This document shows positions 53,532 through 64,000 of a DNA stretch of 64,000 nucleotides, one piece after another. The notes beneath the pieces were generated by a model. That model saw nothing but the letters and a program-made list of their open reading frames with translations, did no database searches and was not told the DNA's origin. Source of the stretch: Eledone cirrhosa. Lineage: Eukaryota. The stretch lies in assembly GCA_964016885.1 (NCBI GenBank), contig OZ024742.1, forward strand, positions 256,494,001 to 256,558,000, written 5' to 3'. The translations under genes and the position numbers were made by a program. Positions within the stretch are counted from its first letter, which is position 1. Each line of letters begins with the position of its first letter.

Positions 53532-54574
53532 ATATTTTGGGAGGGTCATGTTGCCAATAAGAAACACGCACCAGTTGTTTCACTTCAATTTATTATAAAT
53601 TAAATTTATAAATTTAGGAATTTATAAATTTCCGGTTGGTTGGTTGGTTCCACAACCAGACGATTGTTCGTATATTGTCAAAGTTCTTTCGTCACACATT
53701 ATGTGACCTCTTCAGTGACTGGGGATTATTTTATTTGTTGTTGTGCCTTTCCTTTGTTCTGTCCTCCACCATCTTGTTTTTGTGTGTGTTGTGTGCTTAG
53801 TTTGCGCATGTGTTACATCTGAGAGTCTGTGTGTGTTTATATTTGTTTATTTCTTTGTTTATTTACATGTTACTGGTTGGTTGTTTGTTATATGTGTGTG
53901 TGTGTTTTCATTTTATCCTTAATTGTAACTTGTGATGTTGCTATTCCATTCATGCTTTCTATTTAATTTTGGTTGGAGTTCATTTATGTTTATTGCCTCT
54001 GTGATTTGTCTAAACATTGCGTCTTTTCTGTGAATAGATTCTATTTTTAATTCTATGTTCTTTAATTTACCCTTATGTTTTATTTTAGCATGTTGGTAGA
54101 GTACAGATGATTCTTTACCATCTTGAAGCTCTCTCTAGTGTTCATTTATCCGTTCTCCTATACTGTCTCACCTATGTACACTATATTCTTATCTCTACAT
54201 TGTCCTTCAGTACATCTCATGCTATATACTACATTTCTAGTGTTACAGTTAATATGGGGGATTAGTTTACAGATTATACATTTCTTATCTATACAGGGAG
54301 GTTTTTGAAAAGGGTATGTATTGCTAATAAGTGTGTATATGGAGGTACCTGGTCTTTCTACTATCTTAATACTATCAGAATGTGTGTCGAAAAACAACCA
54401 ACCGGAAATTTATAAATTCCTAAATTTATAAATTTAATTTATAATAAATTGAAGTGAAAGCAATTGGTGCCTCTGTTTCTTATTGGCAACATGACCCTCC
54501 CAAAGTATAACAATATCGGTTTCAATACACGTTTTCAGATAAAGAATATTGCTAAACAAATTCAGAAACGAAAT
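53526..54574 (-). mobile_element. 5'-truncated PLE with inverted termini, GIY-YIG remnant and hammerhead
   Basis: 53526-53640 is the inverse of 54395-54515. The ORF reads PPCIDKKCIIC..CNTRNVVYSMRC..C..IVYIGET. Confidence 0.85.
53677..53719 (-). ncRNA. Type I hammerhead ribozyme in PLE 3' UTR
   Basis: Minus strand gtca CTGAAGA ggtcacataatgtgtgac GAAA gaac TT tgac. Confidence 0.7.
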
Positions 54575-54740
54575 ATATATATATATAGAGAGAGATTTAT
54601 TTAGGTTTGTTGGTTCACCATTGGATAGAACTGGTCATTCCGTATGAACAAACTCGATGTAATATTATTGAGAGCACTCAACGTAATGCAACTCACCCGT
54701 CTTCGTTTGTGTAGTCGGTGGTGTGAGTACGGAGTTAATT

Positions 54741-55068
54741 ATTATAAAATAACAGCAGGTTGGACTGGTGTAATTCCTTAAAAGATTTATTGTACTATGA
54801 TCATTTCAATGACCGGGTTCAGTATGATCCGTGACATCATCAGGTAATCGAAATATAACAAAGGAATACAATAGACAAAAGCCATGGGGCAGAAAATCAG
54901 AGACATGAGGATTACCGAACATTTAGCAGCTTCTATCCCTGGTCGGCCGCCCTCAAGATATTTCGAATATCAGATGATGTCACAGGATTCATACTGAACC
55001 CGGTCATTGAAATGATCATAGTATAAGAAACCATTTAAGGAATTACACCAGTTCAACCTCCTGTTATT

Positions 55069-55075
<7 letters not shown>
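54741..55075. mobile_element. Inverted-repeat PLE terminus remnant
   Basis: 54741-54843 is the inverse of 54971-55075, which abuts (TA)n. Confidence 0.7.
54793..54846 (-). ncRNA. Hammerhead-like motif
   Basis: Minus strand tac CTGATGA tgtcacgg..ccggtcatt GAAA tgatca TA gta, with palindromic TGATCA stem III. The inverted copy has CAGATGA. Confidence 0.6.
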
Positions 55076-55137
<62 letters not shown>

Positions 55138-55161
55138 ACATAGGTTATATATGTGTATATG

Positions 55162-55229
<68 letters not shown>

Positions 55230-55253
55230 ACATAGGTTATATATGTGTATATG

Positions 55254-55299
<46 letters not shown>

Positions 55300-55323
55300 A
55301 CATAGGTTATATATGTGTATATG

Positions 55324-55368
<45 letters not shown>

Positions 55369-55509
55369 TAAGCAAGATGTATGGTAGGTCGTATGTGAAT
55401 AGCGATGATCACGTCTGACCTACCAAATATGTGACGGTAGCTAGTTAAGCTCTATGCGTATAAGCAGAGCAGAAATATTAGTGAAAAATAGTTCCTTTGT
55501 TCTTTTTCA

Positions 55510-55595
<86 letters not shown>

Positions 55596-55636
55596 GGTTA
55601 TATATGTCTATATGTGTTAATATATACATATACACA

Positions 55637-56273
55637 TGGTCGGTTATATATGTGTATATGTATAGATATATATATATATGATTTGATCATTTATTTTGTT
55701 TGACCTGTTTTTTTGGCATAGGTGGTTAATGACTTCTGGATCACTTTTTCAGTTTTGCATGGCGTTTTAACATATATGTTTAACTGTTTTTTTAACTATG
55801 GAGCGCTTGCCAGCATAACTCTGATTTGGCGTTTCGTTTCGCTTTTTCTACGCGCCGAAATGCGATTCTCGCTGAATTTATATTTGTATTAATTTCCCGA
55901 GTGTTACAATTAACCTGTAATTAATTCTATTGACAGATTAATTGCATCATTTTATTTTAAAACTACCCGGTTGAGTGTTTATTCGATTTGTGCTATTTAT
56001 ACAATGTTTGCATGATTTACACATACTGAATTCATTTGCCAAAATCTGGAGGTTTCCCCTTGTGAGGTACGCATGTTCTTTTACAAAGCCCTGCGTCATT
56101 CACAAAGTTGGCGCAGAGCAAATTACCTGTTGATAACGTGATATTACTTGTTCGATAAATATACCAAAAGCTTACCATTTTAAGCAGACAGTATTATTGA
56201 TTTAGATGTCATAGAAACCCTGCATTTGGATTTTACCATCAATTCCAATGGGTCCAGGTCGGTTATATATGTG

Positions 56274-56311
<38 letters not shown>

Positions 56312-56519
56312 TTTGTCATTTATTTTGTTTGACCTGTTTAGGTTGACTTGTTTTTTGGCATAGGTGGTTAATGCCTTCTTGAACACTTTTTCAGTTTTGT
56401 ATGGCGTTTTAACATATATGTTTAGCTCTAGTTTTTTAACTATGAAGCGCTTGCCAGCATAACTCTGATTTTGCGATTCGTTTTGCTTTTTCTACCCGTC
56501 GAAATGCGATTCTCGCTGA

Positions 56520-56527
<8 letters not shown>
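55637..56527. repeat. ~250-bp direct repeats (55637-55882 / 56257-56527) bracketing a unique core, in (TA)n
   Basis: ggtcggttatatatgtgtatatg..tttgacctgttt..gcgcttgccagcataactctgattt..tctcgctgaatttatat occurs twice. Confidence 0.75.
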
Positions 56528-56575
<48 letters not shown>

Positions 56576-56868
56576 TATGCATAAATACATAATCATCTTG
56601 TTGATGACTAAAATTTAAAGAAGTGCCTCGATTCTGGGATATAAACCACCTCCCCCTCTCTATTTGTGAGAACTTTCAAAAGTACATATTCATTTGCTTT
56701 TCATCACGCTTTACATTCTAACCAATCCAATGTATGCACATTTGTGTGTGTTTGTTTGTTAATGTGTATGTGAGTCTATGTGTACCTGTGTACCTGTGTT
56801 CATGCATTAGCGAAGGGAAGATATACTAATCTTGGATTTCCTTAGATATGTAATATTCATTATTATAT

Positions 56869-57041
56869 GCGGTGGATTGGCAGCATCGGTAGAGGGTCAG
56901 ACGCCATGCGTCCCTTTATGGTCTGAGTTCAAATCTCGCCGACGTTAACTTTGCCTTTCATCCTTACGGTGTCGATAAAATAAAGTACCAGTAATGCACT
57001 AGGTAATTGCTGTCCTTGTGCCACCATTAGAAACAATTATT
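56869..57041 (+). mobile_element. tRNA-type SINE (family A)
   Basis: Matches 18192-18385. Confidence 0.8.
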
Positions 57042-60000
57042 ATATAATCAAATGACCTGGGATGTTTCATAACAATTTTCATATTTTTTTATATATTCTA
57101 ATTTATTTGTACCTATCTAAATAATTGTGATATAATGAAAGAGAGGAACATGTAATTCTCTCAATAATTTCACTCGATTAAACATTTTGCTTAATATGCC
57201 ATATTCCCACCAGATGTAATTTTTACTCCATCAAAACTCAAACTACAATTTATATAATTTTTTTCCTTCATATTTTGATATCTTAAAATGGACGATTTAA
57301 TTCATAACCTCACTTTCTACGTCTCATAATTTTCTATACAATAGAATATTAATGATATATTACTCACCTAAATAAAATCAATCATGTTGATACTAAGGCC
57401 GCCGAATGATCTGCTATTTCTACAACATCGTGTTCCCGTTACTGGACTGGTCAGTCAACATAGCTTTACAGTAATTAAATTGGTTTTGCTCTCCATTATG
57501 AACAGAAGATCAATCTCATGATCTTTTTACTTTTTGATATTGTGAGACCCACTCTGGCAGTCAGTAATCAATTTTTTTCGGTGTCCTTTCCCGTACACAG
57601 AAGGATCGCAGTGTATCCTGTTTTTTTTTAATGTTATACAATCTTTGATAATCAGTCCTTACCACTGAGCCCTGTTTTCTGTCGGACGCAAACGGGATGG
57701 TATGTTGTGACCTGTCCAGTACTTGATATTGTCGAATTAGCTCTAGCAGTCAGTAACCAACACAGGTCCTCTCCTCCATCTTACACAGAAGGGTCACAGT
57801 TTTGTGTGGTGCTCAGTTTTTGGTGTGGTCTGACCATCTTAAGCAGTCAGCAATCACCACTGCTCTTTGTCCTCCATCATATAGAGGAGGTATTGCGATA
57901 TACAGTTCTTGATGTTGTCGCTCCTGATTATTCTTTCTCTTCATCTTTTCTAATATTACAGGAAGCGTGAGCAGGTGATATTCTGGTTTCTCCGTCATAA
58001 ATTGTTTTATTCTTCAAGAAATACTTATGTTTGCATAAAAATCTCTATCTTTATCTAAAAACTGTCCATGAAATTTCGTCTACAAACCTTTGTTAATAGT
58101 ATGAATTTATGTGACTAAACCCCCAAAATATTTGATTAATTTCAAAGTTATTTGACGAGCGTATGCCCTGCATTTTATCTATATATTTCCATATACTTCC
58201 ATCATAATTTCATGTATGGAATACTTTTATGTTCCAAATACCAGCTATATAAGGAGAAGGTTCGTTACACCTTTAAAAACACAAATTCGAATAATATTTT
58301 CATACTTCTTCGAAAACCATGTGGAGTGTCTTTCGTTAGATTGGTGGTAAAACATCGTTAAAAAACGATGTCCGTGAAGGAGAAAATATGTAGCTATATT
58401 AAGAAAAGTACTGACAATGGAATTTGATGTTTTTTATAAAACACTATGTTCATGTAAGCAAAAGAGTATATACTGAGCTTGGATATATAATCAATAAATA
58501 TTTGCGAAGTTGTTTAATGAAAGTGTATAATCTCTATACGTTAATTCAATTATCTCTAGAACCTACACAGAAATCTATGTTCTAAGTATCTTAAAATTCA
58601 ATTAATGTAATTAGAAATGATATAGATTATTCATATTTAGAGAAGGCAATACTTAATAGAAATATCACAAACCACTTAAGGTTTAGGCATATCAAATTTT
58701 CACACGAGATATAAATAAATTATTAAATATTATACAAACACATTCTCTTACTACATAAACACATCTGACCAATTAAAATATATTATCATTAGGTTTATAT
58801 ATACTCCAGACCTGCATATGGGTTATCGCTGTCAGAAAATGAATAAACATGAAATTGGGTAATGAAAAATTTCTTAAGAATATAAAATCAAACGTGGTGT
58901 GATTGTTTTTTTTTCTGAAGCCGCATGCGCTTATATTTTAACTGACATCGTTTTCGACGATGCGTGTTACAGTTGGTGTTATCATAGAAACAGCCTGATC
59001 GTGAAATATATGAGCAAGTGACTGAGCATGGAACAGACATATATACAGTGAATGTGACACCCGGGCAGATTCACAGGGTAAAAACGTGTGACAAGGGTGG
59101 AATTACAGACACAGTCTATCCAAATTTCACTCACAAGGCATTTGTCAATGCTATGGCAAAAGCCAATTGCTAAATACGACACACACTTGTATGAAGCTCA
59201 GCAATTAATGTGGTAACATTGAACATCTTCACCATCCGGCCATGCTACTCAAAGAATATTGAATATTATCATTGGCTATAAGATGTTAAGTTAAAATACA
59301 AAACGAAACGAAAAAAAAACAGGAACCCAATAAAATCTTATGCATTAGGATGTCTCATAGAAAAAAAATAATTTCAAATCAGCTATTTCATAATTACACT
59401 TCATATTCAAAAGAACCAACCATAATTCTTCAAACATATACTTATAAACTAATTTAATGTTATAAATGCTCGAAAATTAGCTTAAATTGCCTAGGCATTC
59501 ATCTTTATTTTATTTTCATTTATCAGACGAAAACCATACAAGCACCAAGAGATATCGCTAATGATGTAGAATAGAGTACGCGCATCTGTCACGCTATTGC
59601 TTGTAAGAAGTAAACTTAACTTACGTATTTCTAAAATGATGGGGATAGTTTCTTAAAGATGTTCTTCATTCTATGACGATAATACAATATTACTACAATA
59701 TCAATAAAAACGTAATAAACATTTTGTCAATAGATTTATTGATTATATTATTCAAACGTCAGTGGATGACAATTTTACACATAGTCGTGAGGAAGACAGT
59801 TAACGTTAATGCTATTGTCTATATAGAGATTTCTAATGTGCCATTATAGGACAGACTCATATAAATGTCCGCCAAATGTTTTAAATATCATTTTGAGAAT
59901 TGTAAATCGTTTTTTATTCGGTTATATGGGTTTTAGTAATATCCAAGTGTCACTCATAAATTATTTTAAACAGCATTTTATGTCGGCTATCATTCTACGT

Positions 60001-60065
60001 ATGGTATTATTGGCATACACGCTTTATGTAAATATATATATATCCATACACAAACACACACACAC

Positions 60066-61190
<1,125 letters not shown>

Positions 61191-64000
61191 ATGTGTGGGT
61201 GTGTGCGTGTTTATGTTTGCTATCTTCCATTCAAATAGTAATACCTAATTTCCTCGTTAAATTGTACACTATTCTGCATATTAGATATAACCGTTGTTTG
61301 CTTTCAAATGTTTGAGTTCCTCCTTGTTTAAAATGACAACATTAATACTATTATGTTTTATTTGAAGTTTGTTTCTTTATTATTCATAATGATATCTGCT
61401 ACATAAGACATTAAAAAATCGCCTAAAATACTTACTATTTGCTTTCATAAATTTTCGGTATTTTGTGTGTTAAGATTAGTATATGGTTTTCTAGTTAAGC
61501 CGTTCTTTTCACAACCTTAACGTCGTGAGTTCAATTCCAGGCACAACTTTGTATTACCCTTATTTATTCGTTGTTACAGTCCGATCAGCTAGCAGAAACA
61601 AACAGTGAAACCTGAGATTCAAAAAGCCAGATTATTTAATGCTATGTACCCTTGTAAAATTGTAAGAATGACTTAATGGATATATATTAGACGTAAACTA
61701 AGGAGATCCATGCTTCTTGAGACAGATGAGGTACTCAAAGTTTTCCAGTTACTAGGTTCAGTTGCAGCAATCAATGCCTCGTTCCAACGTTTGTTGCCGG
61801 ATTTAAGATATCTGTCGATGTTCTGCCGTCAGTTAATCTTGGGATGTCATCATCGACGCATTATATGTGGCTACGTATAGAGGACCTGATTGCCATTGCT
61901 CACTTTTGGGAGTCGAGTATCATATCACAATAAGCCAATTTGACGCTTGCAAATGATTTTAGACCCATGTTGTTGTTGGGTTTGTTGTCGGACTATTTTG
62001 TTTATGATGAAGTTATCCCAACTGATGCCATGGATCTTCCATACACATCTTTTCTTTTTCTTGACTGGTCCTCACACAGCACGTTTTACCCCCTAACACA
62101 AGCTTTGAAATCACAATACTGTTGTAAAATCTCTTCTTGCTATCAAATGAAAGATTGTGCTTCTTTTGATGTTGTTGATCTGCTCAAAGGCACCCGAAAC
62201 GTTGCCTATTCTGCAATTAATTTCTATCAATAAGCATTCCCTACTTCTGTTGACAGAGCTTCCGAGGTAGGTCATGGCCACAATATCATCTTAAAATTCA
62301 AGGTTTGAGTGTTTCACTTCCGCTAGTCAGTCAATTCCCCATACCTTCTGTTGTCTCTTTGAGATTCCAGTCCATGTACAAAGTAAAAAGAAACAGAGAC
62401 AACGGGTATCAATGGACAAATCGTATGATGAACTCAAACACTTCCGTTCTAATACAGCAATTTGAACCTGATTATTCCTTGATGGCTGAGATAAGGGATA
62501 TACATGACTGTTGAATAATCAGGCACAGGTATGTGCATTTGAACCACAGTATGTTCCGATCAAACAAGTGGAACACACATCATCAGAACTGAGAGAGAAT
62601 CAACATTCCTTTCATGTATAGGATACAGTGAAATATTTGAAAACGAGAAATTAAGCAACAAAATTCAGTATACTATATGGCCAATTCCTCAGCCTTTCTC
62701 ATACATCTATTTATGGTATTAATTTCGGTTATGTGAGATAAACACACAGAGTGATTGTTTCGAAGTCGCTAAATATACATCAGTAAAGTCTTACAATCGA
62801 TTGTTTTTATATCTTTTTTTCACCCCTTCTTTCGCACTAGTTCCCTGGAGGACGTATGCAGTGTTCAGAACTGGCGAAGTATGGGCTCCGTCACATTTAA
62901 ATGCTGAACAAATGCCCATGACTACAATTATTTAATCGGTAATATTAAATGCTAAAACACTCATGGATAAATAAATGGCTTGTATTCGACAAATAATATA
63001 TCGAGGGAGATATCGAATCGAATACTGCGTATAAATGTTTCATTAATCGAGATCATTAATCGAGATTTAACTTTTTTCTTTATTTTCATTTTAAAGGCAG
63101 ACCTTGCAGCAATACAGTGACGTTTATTATAAAAATAAATTAACAATTTAACTCAAAAGCTAATTTTCATGATTAAGAGAAAAAATTTCTTGTATTTCTT
63201 TTCAGGTATTCACATTAATCCATTATATTTCATAATTACCTAAACTATGCTAGACAAAATCTATTAGTAAACAGTCTTCTTTGTTCAAAAATATTTGTGA
63301 ACTAATTGAGCATTGAAGAGTTTATGATGAGGATGAATAGATAAAGTATATGTCTGCCTGTGAACGAAGTAAATAAAAAAATTGTTTAAATTTGTAGATG
63401 TTTTCATATACATGATTATAAAATATAGTTATATCAACAATAAGTCTATGTTAGATTTACTACCATACGATGTTTGTGCTGATATATTTAAAACTACATT
63501 GCAATGTATTAGGACTGCTTCAAGTTCGAGAAGTGTGGTCTAGTTCTTTGAACAGATTGGTCGAAAAGCTAATATGCAAATGGGGCATACCGTCATCACG
63601 TGTATTTTTCAGAAAGTACTCCCATATTCAGCGTGACATATTTCATAACATGCCAACGACGGGAACTGTAGCAACGTGAAATACGTGTTGCCCAAATTCC
63701 ATTGGGATTCGGACTGAACTCAATATTTGCGGCCATGAACCAAACACATTAAACGCCGAGGTGAAGGAATGTATGTTGTCGGTTTCAAAGCAGATTGGTC
63801 CAGTTGTTCGGGGCAGCCTATTTATGAAATTAATGTGGATGTGTGTGTTAAGGCTGGACATTTGAAAGATATGTGCATTCCTGGTGACGGTCTTCCATAA
63901 TAATTTCTGTGAATCCAGGTTCATTTACTCGATATGGGGTGACGATCAGCCCAATTACCTAATTGATAGACGAATATCTTCACAGTTGGAAGATGTGACA

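Noticed and set aside
61720-63990. Faint LINE-RT-like remnants (also 6780-7260 and 57640-57990)
   Set aside because: Too degraded to assign motifs or boundaries without a search.

Overview
AT-rich, microsatellite-dense eukaryotic DNA, intergenic or intronic, with no confidently identifiable host gene. The SINE, LINE and repeat content resembles an octopus/cephalopod genome (inference). Almost all long ORFs in the supplied track are (TA)n/(CA)n/(GAT)n artefacts. The real coding material is transposon-derived: a young full-length CsRn1-clade Ty3/Gypsy LTR element (12680-18165, minus strand, 232-bp LTRs, TAAC TSD), a CR1/L2-group LINE (36156-~40120), RTE LINE fragments (one with a PHD-like finger inside RT), a decayed mariner, many tRNA-type SINE copies, and several Penelope-like element (PLE) GIY-YIG fragments. 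The main signal not shown by the ORF track is about a dozen type I hammerhead-ribozyme motifs. They sit in PLE 3' ends and in non-coding, retrozyme-like units inserted into (TA)n tracts with inverted 5' ends. One is a 467-bp tandem repeat, and it shares a conserved paired-octamer (ATGCAAAT) block upstream of the ribozyme with a diverged sister element. All ribozyme folds were read by eye and are untested.
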